From: Bacteroidales bacterium
Lineage (GTDB): Bacteria; Bacteroidota; Bacteroidia; Bacteroidales; VadinHA17
NCBI GenBank assembly: GCA_963662685.1
Contig: OY759745.1
Span: 2,777,236 to 2,841,235, forward strand
Reading direction: 5' to 3'
Length of the DNA stretch: 64,000 nucleotides
Within the stretch, counting starts at the first letter, position 1. Each line of letters opens with the position of its first letter. Under the pieces are notes generated by a model. The model did no database searches. It was not told the origin of the DNA and was given only the letters and a program-made list of their open reading frames with translations. The position numbers and the translations under genes were made by a program. Positions 11,164 to 20,202 of this stretch are shown in pieces.

Positions 11164-11679
11164 ATGAAAAAAGCAGTTTTTACACTCGGTATGATTATTC
11201 TGACAACAACTCTATCGTTCGCTCAGAAATATGGCTTTGTAGATTCCGATTATGTTAGCAATAACATTCCGGCATTTACAACAGCGCAGGATCAACTCGA
11301 CAAGCTTTCTGAACAATGGGAAACGGAAATAGCTGATGGTTACGCCGTTGTAGAAGAGATGTATAAAGCTTACCAGAATGAGTCGGCTTTATTATCACAG
11401 GACATGAAAGTTCAGCGCGAAGAGGCGATTATAACAAAAGAACAAGAGATGAAAGACCTTCAAAATAAATATTTCGGTGTGGAAGGAGAGCTTTTCAAAA
11501 AACGGGAAGAGCTTGTCAAACCAATCCAGGACGAAATACTTAAAGCTATCAAGGAGATAGCCGTTGAGGGAAACTACACTGTTATTTTTGATTCCTCATC
11601 GGGAGGCAACATACTCTATGCCAATCCAAGATTCGATGTAAGCGATCAGGTACTGGAAAAATTAGGTTATAATAATTAA
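11164..11679 (+). CDS. ompH: OmpH/Skp-family periplasmic chaperone
   Basis: 171 aa with a signal peptide and a coiled-coil-rich middle, located directly after bamA. Confidence 0.85.
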   Translation: MKKAVFTLGMIILTTTLSFAQKYGFVDSDYVSNNIPAFTTAQDQLDKLSEQWETEIADGYAVVEEMYKAYQNESALLSQDMKVQREEAIITKEQEMKDLQNKYFGVEGELFKKREELVKPIQDEILKAIKEIAVEGNYTVIFDSSSGGNILYANPRFDVSDQVLEKLGYNN

Positions 11680-11764
11680 TTAATTATTTTTGCGTATTCA
11701 AAATTAAATTAGAATTAAATAGCGATTGTTGATCGCTGACGAATTACTTAATACATTAATAATA

Positions 11765-12271
11765 ATGAAAAAACTAGTTGGAATATTGGTTCTATCCTTT
11801 GTCGCTGTTTTCGCCCTTCAGGCGCAGGACGCTAAATTTGCTCATATAAATACCGATGAGATCATTCCTCTTATGCCTGAATATGATTCAGCTCTCGTGG
11901 TGTTGCAAAACCTGAATACTGAACTTCAAAACAATCTCGAACTTTTACAAGTTGAACTTAACAATAAGGTTGAGGCGTATAATACAGATGTAAATAATTA
12001 TACTTCCACGGTACGCCAGGTAAAAGAACAGGAATTAAATGATCTGAATAATAGAATACAGACATACCAAACAACCGCACAGCAAGAGATGGATGATAAA
12101 CAGAACGAGCTTATTCAACCAATATTAAATAGAATTCAAAACGCGGTTGACGCAGTAGGAAAGGAAAACGGGTTTACCTATATTTTTGAATACAGTTACC
12201 TTAGATATATCAATCCTTCAACAAGCACTGATGCCATGCCGCTGGTAAAGGCCAAACTTGGGATTCAGTAA
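11765..12271 (+). CDS. ompH: OmpH/Skp-family periplasmic chaperone (second copy)
   Basis: The ORF track starts at a TTG at 11726. The ATG at 11765 (MKKLVGILVLSFVAVFALQAQ) gives a proper signal peptide, so that start is preferred. Confidence 0.85.
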   Translation: MKKLVGILVLSFVAVFALQAQDAKFAHINTDEIIPLMPEYDSALVVLQNLNTELQNNLELLQVELNNKVEAYNTDVNNYTSTVRQVKEQELNDLNNRIQTYQTTAQQEMDDKQNELIQPILNRIQNAVDAVGKENGFTYIFEYSYLRYINPSTSTDAMPLVKAKLGIQ

Positions 12272-12295
12272 ATAATTAACATATCTTCAGATAAA

Positions 12296-12327
12296 GGCTG
12301 TTATTTGTTACAAATAACGGCCTTTTT
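12296..12327 (+). terminator. Rho-independent terminator after the ompH pair
   Basis: GGCTGTTATTTG / CAAATAACGGCC forms a 12-bp stem (one G-T wobble) with a 3-nt loop, followed by TTTTT. Confidence 0.75.
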
Positions 12328-12413
12328 ATTCTATTAAACTCCGTATCAAAGTTAACATAAGCTACATTAGTGTTGAGAAGATTTGACACCAGTGGATCAT
12401 AAATTTAAAACTG

Positions 12414-14339
12414 ATGAAAAAACTGCTTATAGCGACATTAACCTTTTGCTCACTATCAGCCTGCCTGAGTGGGCAATACGCAATAGACAGTGCTTTACTT
12501 CTGAACGAAATAAGCATTAACGCCGACCGGACAAAAATCTATTCCGGCTCCGGCCGTTTAGTTGATGTCGTCGACAAAGTAGACATAGCTCTCTCTCCCG
12601 GCAAAAATATAGGAGAAATTTTGGATAACGTTCCTGGACTGGATGCGAGACAACGCGGAGTAGACGGGGTTCAGACCGATCTGAGCATAAGGGGCGGTTC
12701 ATTCGATCAGGTCTTGGTTTTATTAAACGGTATCAATATTACAGATCCTCAAACCGGACATCATAACCTCGACATACCACTGGATATCTCTGATGTAAGC
12801 AGGATTGAAGTGCTTCAGGGATCAGCCGCAAGATTGTTTGGACCGAACGCTTTCAGTGGAGCCATTAACATTCTCACCGGTGAAAACAGCAATAACGAAC
12901 TTTCCATAAGAAATACCGTTGGGAGTTACGGTTATACATCACAAAATATCACGGGCAATTATAATTCAGGTCACTTCCAGTCATTTGTCGCTGTTGCCCG
13001 TAAAGAGAGCGATGGATACATAGAAAACACCGACTTCGATATCTCCAGTTTCTTTTTGCAATCAAAATACAGAACACAAAAAAGCGGGACTTTTAATCTT
13101 CAACTATCCACCCAGTTAAAAGATTTCGGAGCAAACAGTTTTTATTCCTCACTTTATCCGAACCAGTTTGAGAGCACTAAAACGTTCTTCTCTTCCCTTG
13201 GCTGGAACCGTAAATTTCAAACCCTTGAATTAGATGCCCAGACTTACTGGAGGAAACATAACGACAGATTTGAGCTGTTCAGGAATTATGAGGGGGCTGA
13301 TGACTATTCTTGGTATACTGATCATAACTACCACATGACAGATGTCACGGGAGGAAAATTTTCCCTCTCAGGCAGATGGCCGGCTGGAACAACATCTGCA
13401 GGTATTGATGTACGTAACGAACATATCTACAGTAATGTCCTGGGTAAGGATAAAGACACTGAGATACCGGTACCTTTTGAGAAAAATAAAAAATTCACGA
13501 AAGAAGACAACCGTCTTTTAGCGACAATATCTTTGGACCACCAACTGGAGCTTGATAGATTATACTTCTCCGCAGGGATTGGAATGACACTTACGGAACA
13601 ATTCAACTCTCTGATCAACGGTGGTATAGATGTCGGTTTCACAATGTCAGAATTCAGCAGGATATTTGCTGCTGTCAACTCTGCCGTCAGATTACCAACC
13701 TTTACAGACCTGTATTACCAAAGCGCCACACAGGTATCCAACCCCGAACTTCAACCTGAAAAATCTCTAACATTCGAGCTTGGATATGGACTTGAACCTG
13801 AAAACTGGTCATTCAAGGCAACATCATTTTACAGGATAGGACATGATATCATCGACTGGGTGAAAGAACCCGGATCGATCAAATGGGAATCCAGAAACTG
13901 GACCGGAATTAATGCGTACGGAACTGAAATCAGAGTAGTGTATAGGCCTGATAACTCGTTCGTAAAGTCGGTAAACCTCTCCTACTCATATCTAGGCATG
14001 AACAAGGAATCCGGTGGCATGGACTCCAAATATGCACTTGACTATCAAAAAAATAAGATTAATATTGGCATAAATCACAGTATAATATCAAGACTATCCG
14101 TAAGCTGGAGTAGTTCTTATATTGACAGGGCCGGAGATTATACAGACTTCGCGACAAATGAAAGAGTGGATTACAGACCATACTTATTGATTAACACAAA
14201 ACTGACATGGAATGCCAACAGGTTTACTCTTTTCACTAACATCAACAACATATTGAACAGTCATTACAGCGACTTCGGAGGATTGCAACAACCAGGGATC
14301 AATTTTAACCTGGGAATTCAGATAAAAATAACTGATTAA
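12414..14339 (+). CDS. TonB-dependent receptor (small, about 640 aa class)
   Basis: Signal peptide, plug-like region (IEVLQGSAARLFGPNAFSGAINI), then a long beta-barrel with an aromatic-rich C-terminal strand. Confidence 0.85.
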   Translation: MKKLLIATLTFCSLSACLSGQYAIDSALLLNEISINADRTKIYSGSGRLVDVVDKVDIALSPGKNIGEILDNVPGLDARQRGVDGVQTDLSIRGGSFDQVLVLLNGINITDPQTGHHNLDIPLDISDVSRIEVLQGSAARLFGPNAFSGAINILTGENSNNELSIRNTVGSYGYTSQNITGNYNSGHFQSFVAVARKESDGYIENTDFDISSFFLQSKYRTQKSGTFNLQLSTQLKDFGANSFYSSLYPNQFESTKTFFSSLGWNRKFQTLELDAQTYWRKHNDRFELFRNYEGADDYSWYTDHNYHMTDVTGGKFSLSGRWPAGTTSAGIDVRNEHIYSNVLGKDKDTEIPVPFEKNKKFTKEDNRLLATISLDHQLELDRLYFSAGIGMTLTEQFNSLINGGIDVGFTMSEFSRIFAAVNSAVRLPTFTDLYYQSATQVSNPELQPEKSLTFELGYGLEPENWSFKATSFYRIGHDIIDWVKEPGSIKWESRNWTGINAYGTEIRVVYRPDNSFVKSVNLSYSYLGMNKESGGMDSKYALDYQKNKINIGINHSIISRLSVSWSSSYIDRAGDYTDFATNERVDYRPYLLINTKLTWNANRFTLFTNINNILNSHYSDFGGLQQPGINFNLGIQIKITD

Positions 14340-14452
14340 CGGGAAGCATATGTTGACAGCGCAACAGAGACAAAATAGGGTTCTCCGGCTTTTTTGTTAT
14401 CACATAATTGCTGTTATCTTCGCGTGGCAAAGGCAACAAAGCTTAAAATAAA

Positions 14453-15259
14453 ATGATCCTGAAAAATCAACCAATAGGCATATTTGATTCCGGCGTCGGT
14501 GGATTAACGGTTGCCAATGCCATTAAACAGACTCTCCCCGGTGAGTCACTAATATATTTTGGTGATACCGCACATTTACCTTATGGAGATAAATCCGCTG
14601 AATCGATAATAAATTACTCAGCCAGAATCACTGATTTTCTTATTGAAAAAGGCGCCAAGGTCGTGCTTATAGCATGCAACTCAGCTTCTGCTTCGGCATA
14701 CGAGCACCTTAAAAAAATCTATGGCGCAAGGGTGATAATTATGGACGTAATAGATCCGGTAGTCGACTATGTAGGACTTAAAAGTTATAATAAGATAGGA
14801 GTCATTGGAACAAAAAGAACAATTGAATCCGAAACGTACGCGAAGAAGTTGAAAGATATTGCCCCCGACATAGATGTAGTTTCATTACCCACCCCATTAT
14901 TGGTTCCGATGATCGAGGAGGGTTTTATTTTTGATGATATCTCCAACGCTATTTTAAGGGCTTACCTGAAAACACCTAAACTAGATGGTATCCAGGCTTT
15001 GATTTTAGGTTGTACCCACTATCCTATTATCAGAAACCAGATAAACAAAATATTCAACTTTGATGTCAGCATACTTGATACAGCAGGTATCGTATCCTCA
15101 ATACTGAAGAAAAAACTTGAAGAGAGAGATCTTCTCAATGATGCGGGAGAAGTTAAGTACAGCTTTTTTGTATCCGATTACACCCCATTCTTTGAAAAGA
15201 TAGCGAAAATGTTTTTCGATGGGGATATTTCGTTGGTAAAGTCAGATATCTGGAGTTAA
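14453..15259 (+). CDS. murI: Glutamate racemase
   Basis: 268 aa with IGIFDSGVGGLTV, IACNSASA and LGCTHYP motifs. Confidence 0.92.
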   Translation: MILKNQPIGIFDSGVGGLTVANAIKQTLPGESLIYFGDTAHLPYGDKSAESIINYSARITDFLIEKGAKVVLIACNSASASAYEHLKKIYGARVIIMDVIDPVVDYVGLKSYNKIGVIGTKRTIESETYAKKLKDIAPDIDVVSLPTPLLVPMIEEGFIFDDISNAILRAYLKTPKLDGIQALILGCTHYPIIRNQINKIFNFDVSILDTAGIVSSILKKKLEERDLLNDAGEVKYSFFVSDYTPFFEKIAKMFFDGDISLVKSDIWS

Positions 15260-15318
15260 ATCTTCTCCTTTCCTTGAAGCTGATTCATTAATTTGTATTT
15301 TTATACATATTTTAGCCT

Positions 15319-18300
15319 GTGGTTATGCCTGAAGATAACAACATCTCGAATAATGAATATGCCAAAATTCTTCGGGAAAAGGAAGAACGGATAAAAGAAC
15401 TCGCCTGTATTAACGGAACCACAAAAATTCTGAATAAAAGCAAATCTGTTGTGGGGGCGCTCCAGCAGGTTGTAGAACTTCTTCCACAAGCATGTCAGTA
15501 TCCTGAATCGACCTCGGCAAGAATCATGTATAGTAATGATTCCGTCACAACTTCCGGCTTCTTTGAGAGCGAATGGTCAATAAGACAGGAATTTCTTACT
15601 ATTGACGGAGATAAAGGAGTTATAGAGGTTTATTGTACAAAAGATCTTCCGGCAAACAATGAAGATCCTTTTTTACAGGAAGAGACGGATTTAATAGGTA
15701 ATATAGCGAGCTTAATAACCGGATTCATAAACAGCTTTAAGGCACGCGACATACTGGGAATAGAAAACGGAAACGATCCGGAGGAAGATATTGAAGAAGA
15801 AGATACAGAAAAATCACTTCTGAACAGATTTTTACGAAGGTATAACGCCAGCAATGACTCCCTTTTACATCTCTTTAATTACATCAGGATAAAAGATATA
15901 TTATTGGTGGCCAATCTGTATGATGCCTATGCTATTGAAGGCGAAGGAAGGCTTATTATAAATATATTGAACGAATTCCGCCACTTTGATTTCACAACAC
16001 CTCCACGGATAACCGGAGCCACCAACGAGGAAGAGGCTTTTCAGAAATTGAACCTGCGTAACTATGATATGGTTATCATCATTACGGGCCAGCAAAAGGA
16101 GACCCAGATGGAAATATGCGCCGGGGTAAAAGAAAAATATCCGCATATTCCGACATATCTACTTATCACTAACCCTGCCGACATTCAGTTTTTTGAACAG
16201 CACAAAGCTGGAAAAGCGAGGTTCGACAACCTGTTTACATGGACAGGCGAAGCTACCATTTTTTTGTCCATGGTAACCCTTCTGGAGGACAGTATAAACC
16301 TCGACAGGGATTATAAAAAAGGATTCACCAGGGCTATTCTTTTGGTTGAGGACTCTCCCGATTTTTATTCCACTTATATGCCCATTCTGTACTCCCTTAT
16401 AATGGAACAGACAAAATCGCTTATCGGTGAAGGGACGCCGGAAGAGACAAAAATGATTCAACTTCGTGCCCGCCCAAAATTACTGTTGGCCACCTCTCTG
16501 GAGGAGGCAAACTTACTTTTTGAACAGTATAAAGATGGGATTCTAGCGGTTATATCAGACATAAGCTTCCCTAAAAACGAAAAAGTTGACAATACCGCCG
16601 GATATACTTTTCTTAACTCCATAAAAAACAACTATCCATGGATACCAATTTTATCACAATCTTCGGATCCGGAAAACATCAAATACGCGAAACAGTTAAA
16701 TTGTGCTTTTATAAATAAAAATTCCCTCTCACTTATCCAGGAACTAAAAAATTTCATTAAGGATAATCTTGGCTTTGGGCCTTTTTTCTTTCGCGACAAC
16801 AGGGGCGATAGTTTTGGTTCGGCCAGCAACATGGCTGAATTCGAATCATTATTGGGTATAATACCTCTTCATTCAATAGTGTATCATGCCGCTAAAAACC
16901 ATTTTTCCATATGGCTTATGGCCAGAGGTGAAATTCATATAGCAAAATTGATCAACTACAGGCAATATTCAGAAAAAGATGATCCGAATGAGATCCGTAG
17001 TTTTATTTTAGAGGCAATAAATTCGTATAAACATAAGCACAACAAAGGAAGAGTAATAAGTTTTAGTGAAAATACTATACTTGACGAGAACAGTGTAGTT
17101 AGCCTCAGACCAGGTTCACTGGGAGGTAAAGGCAGAGGGCTCGCGTTCATAAATACATTGATATACAGTCTTGAATTAGAAAAACTGGTTCCAGGAATAA
17201 ATATCAAGACTCCGGTGACATCAATCATTGGCACCGACGAATTCGATGTTTTCATGGAGCAAAATAAACTGTGGGATATCGTTAAAAATGAACGTGATTA
17301 CAGGAAAATCCAGCAATATTTCCTATCAGGAAGGCTAAGCGAGACACTCGAGAGCGAACTTAAAACCCTTTTGAAACACCTGGACAAACCATTAGCGGTA
17401 AGATCCTCAAGTCTCTTTGAGGATTCAACAAGCAGACCATTTTCAGGAATATTCCGGACATATATATTGCCGAACAATAACGACGATAAGGAAAGCAGAT
17501 TCAAACAACTTACCGATGCCATTAAACTTGTTTACGCTTCTATATACTCAAAAAGTTCCCGAACCTACTTTGATGCGATAAGTTTCAAAATAGAACTTGA
17601 GAAGATGGCCATAGTTATCCAGGAGGTTGTTGGCAACAGATACGGCGACACATTCTATCCGCACGTAAGCGGTACCGCCCAATCCAACAACTTTTATCCG
17701 GTTGCCCATATAAAGCCGGAAGATGGGTTTGCCGTAATAGCTTTAGGCCTGGGACAATATGTTGTTGAAGGAAAAAAGTCGTATAGATTTTGTCCCAAAT
17801 ATCCAGGTATTGACATTGTCTCTCAAACAGATATCTGTAAAAATTCTCAAGTCAGTTTTTACGCAGTCGACCTTTCAAAGAAGGAGACGGACCTCCTGCA
17901 GGGAGAAAATGCGGGACTGATATCCCTAGACATCAGTGAAGCGGAAAAGCAAAATAATCTTAAACACATTGCCTCAGTATATAATCATGATAACGATACT
18001 CTTGTAGCGGGACTCGACTATCCGGGTCCACGAGTAGTAAATTTCGCTAACATCTTAAAATATGATTTCATACCTCTGGCATCGACTATCCGTACGATAT
18101 TGGATATCGTTACGGAAGCAACAGGAAATCCATCAGAGATTGAATTCGCCGTTGACCTGACAAAAGATGATGAAGGGAAAGCTTCGTTTTATTTGCTTCA
18201 GATAAAACCGCTATCAGGCAACAATAGAGGTTATAATATTGACCCTAAATCAATTGAATACAAAAATCTTCTTCTTTCAAGTAAAAAGAGCATGGGGAAC

Positions 18301-18789
18301 GGTATTATTGACGATATTACTGACGTTATATATATTGAGCCGGAAAGCTTTGATATACTGAAAACCGTGGCTATAGCCGAGGAGATAGAACTATTTAACG
18401 ACATTATGATAAAAGAAAACAAAAAATATATCCTTATTGGTCCGGGGCGTTGGGGTTCCAGGGATATTTTTCTTGGAGTACCTGTTGTCTGGCCGGCTAT
18501 CTCAAACGCTAAAGTAATTGTTGAAGTTGGCCTTCCGGGCTACAATCTCGACGCTTCACTCGGTTCCCATTTTTTTCATAACGTCACCTCTATGAACATA
18601 GGGTATTTCTCTGTTAACAGTGATACCAACAGTGGCAATATCAACTGGGACAGACTTAACGAGCAGCATATAGTCAACAAAGGAAAATTTATCAAACACG
18701 TTAGATTCGAGCATCCGTTACTTGTAAGAATGGACGGAAAAAAGGGATTAGCTGTTATCACCGTTAATGTCAACAGTAAAAATGGATAA
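15319..18789 (+). CDS. Multidomain protein: N-terminal GAF-like sensor module, two receiver-like domains, PPDK_N (PEP/pyruvate-binding ATP-grasp) domain and a conserved C-terminal tail
   Basis: 1156 aa. PPDK_N signatures are GSLGGKGRGLAFIN, LAVRSSSLFEDS and MAIVIQEVVG. Receiver-like stretches are KDILLVANLYD and AILLVEDSPDFY...VISDISFP. The N-terminal module (ELACINGTTKIL...LPQACQYPESTSARI...EDPFLQEETDLIGNIA) resembles one seen on many sensor kinases. Confidence 0.7.
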   Translation: MVMPEDNNISNNEYAKILREKEERIKELACINGTTKILNKSKSVVGALQQVVELLPQACQYPESTSARIMYSNDSVTTSGFFESEWSIRQEFLTIDGDKGVIEVYCTKDLPANNEDPFLQEETDLIGNIASLITGFINSFKARDILGIENGNDPEEDIEEEDTEKSLLNRFLRRYNASNDSLLHLFNYIRIKDILLVANLYDAYAIEGEGRLIINILNEFRHFDFTTPPRITGATNEEEAFQKLNLRNYDMVIIITGQQKETQMEICAGVKEKYPHIPTYLLITNPADIQFFEQHKAGKARFDNLFTWTGEATIFLSMVTLLEDSINLDRDYKKGFTRAILLVEDSPDFYSTYMPILYSLIMEQTKSLIGEGTPEETKMIQLRARPKLLLATSLEEANLLFEQYKDGILAVISDISFPKNEKVDNTAGYTFLNSIKNNYPWIPILSQSSDPENIKYAKQLNCAFINKNSLSLIQELKNFIKDNLGFGPFFFRDNRGDSFGSASNMAEFESLLGIIPLHSIVYHAAKNHFSIWLMARGEIHIAKLINYRQYSEKDDPNEIRSFILEAINSYKHKHNKGRVISFSENTILDENSVVSLRPGSLGGKGRGLAFINTLIYSLELEKLVPGINIKTPVTSIIGTDEFDVFMEQNKLWDIVKNERDYRKIQQYFLSGRLSETLESELKTLLKHLDKPLAVRSSSLFEDSTSRPFSGIFRTYILPNNNDDKESRFKQLTDAIKLVYASIYSKSSRTYFDAISFKIELEKMAIVIQEVVGNRYGDTFYPHVSGTAQSNNFYPVAHIKPEDGFAVIALGLGQYVVEGKKSYRFCPKYPGIDIVSQTDICKNSQVSFYAVDLSKKETDLLQGENAGLISLDISEAEKQNNLKHIASVYNHDNDTLVAGLDYPGPRVVNFANILKYDFIPLASTIRTILDIVTEATGNPSEIEFAVDLTKDDEGKASFYLLQIKPLSGNNRGYNIDPKSIEYKNLLLSSKKSMGNGIIDDITDVIYIEPESFDILKTVAIAEEIELFNDIMIKENKKYILIGPGRWGSRDIFLGVPVVWPAISNAKVIVEVGLPGYNLDASLGSHFFHNVTSMNIGYFSVNSDTNSGNINWDRLNEQHIVNKGKFIKHVRFEHPLLVRMDGKKGLAVITVNVNSKNG

Positions 18790-18814
18790 ATAAGATAACA
18801 GATAGCCGTCTGTT

Positions 18815-20047
18815 TTACCCAAAGAACAGGTAAGCCATAAGAATAGCCACTGTCAGTCCCGCAAGATCAGCAAGAAGTCCGCACCCAATAGCATATCTCG
18901 TATTTTTAACACCAACAGACCCAAAGTATACCGCAATAATATAAAAAGTAGTATCTGTTGCCCCCTGCAAAGTACACGCCAACCTGCTCGTAAAAGAATC
19001 AGCACCATAAGTAGCCATAGCATCAACCATCAACCCTCTTGCCCCGCTACCACTCAAAGGTTTCATGAAAGCTACCGGAAGCGCCTCAGTAAAACGGGTG
19101 TCAACACCGAGCCAGGAGAAAAATCCTTGTATTCCAGCAATGATAAAATCCATAGCTCCTGAGGCTCTGAAGATGCCGATAGCGACCAGCATAGCGACAA
19201 GGAAAGGAATTATCTTCACCGCCGTCTGGAATCCTTCCTTGGCTCCTTCAATAAAAGCCTCATAAACATTCACTTTCTTGATCAGGGCTAACACAATAAA
19301 AAGTGTTATTATTGATAACAACAGAAAATTGGCGGCAAAGGTTGAGACCTCCGAAATCTGTTCCTTTGGCATTCTGCTGAAATAAAATACTATGCCGAGG
19401 ATAACTGCGGTTAATCCACCCAGATACGCAACAACAACCTTATCCAGCAGATTGATTTTCTGAATTATGGCGACCGCCAGCAAACCTACCATCAAGGCGG
19501 CGAAAGTCGATATCATAATAGGAATAAAAACATCAGCCGGATTCTCGGCTCCCATCTGCATCCTGTAAACAATAATACTTACAGGAATAATTGTTAACCC
19601 GGCCGCGTTCAGCGCAAAAAACATTATCTGCGCGTTAGAGGCTGTCTCTTTATCCGGATTTGAATCCTGTAACTCTTTCATCGCCTTCAACCCCATAGGT
19701 GTAGCCGCATTATCCAGACCCAACATATTTGCGGAAAGGTTTAGGATTATAGAACCATATGCCGGATGGTCTTTGGACAATTCAGGAAAGAGTTTGTGAA
19801 ACAGGGGGGCAATAGCCCTGCCAAGAATATTCACAACTCCACCCTTCTCCCCTACTTTCAACAACCCCATCCACAAAGTCAACGCTCCGGTCAGGCCCAG
19901 GGATATCTCAAAACCCGTTTTGGCGTTATTGAAAATGGAATTAACAAGATCTGTAAAGATCTGTGTATTGCCCGAAATAATCAGTTGAAAAAGAGCCACT
20001 ACGAAGCCTATCAGAAAAAAGGCTACCCATATATAATTTAACGCCAT
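18815..20047 (-). CDS. Nucleoside-recognition (Gate) domain membrane protein, SpmA/SpmB-like fusion
   Basis: 410 aa, polytopic, starting MALNYIWVAFFLIGF with two Gate-like halves. Family-level call. Confidence 0.7.
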   Translation of the reverse strand: MALNYIWVAFFLIGFVVALFQLIISGNTQIFTDLVNSIFNNAKTGFEISLGLTGALTLWMGLLKVGEKGGVVNILGRAIAPLFHKLFPELSKDHPAYGSIILNLSANMLGLDNAATPMGLKAMKELQDSNPDKETASNAQIMFFALNAAGLTIIPVSIIVYRMQMGAENPADVFIPIMISTFAALMVGLLAVAIIQKINLLDKVVVAYLGGLTAVILGIVFYFSRMPKEQISEVSTFAANFLLLSIITLFIVLALIKKVNVYEAFIEGAKEGFQTAVKIIPFLVAMLVAIGIFRASGAMDFIIAGIQGFFSWLGVDTRFTEALPVAFMKPLSGSGARGLMVDAMATYGADSFTSRLACTLQGATDTTFYIIAVYFGSVGVKNTRYAIGCGLLADLAGLTVAILMAYLFFG

Positions 20048-20141
20048 ATTATTCTATTTGACCGCTAAAATAAAAAATTCAGGATAATTCCCGGTCTATT
20101 AGTGTTTGATTATATCCCGATTGTTACTTTTTATTAACTAT

Positions 20142-20174
20142 AAAAAAAGGGGCGCCTCTTTCGTCAAGCGCCCC
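20142..20174 (-). terminator. Rho-independent terminator after the alpha-oxoamine synthase gene
   Basis: On the minus strand: GGGGCGC, a 12-nt loop, GCGCCCC, followed by TTTTTTT. It begins 29 nt after the stop at 20203. Confidence 0.8.
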
Positions 20175-20202
20175 AACTATATAGTTCCAATAAAAAAGTA
20201 TC

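Noticed and set aside
12328-12413. Possible cobalamin or other riboswitch upstream of the TonB-dependent receptor
   Set aside because: Only about 85 nt separate the terminator from the start codon, far too short for a cobalamin riboswitch. I saw no conserved riboswitch core motifs.
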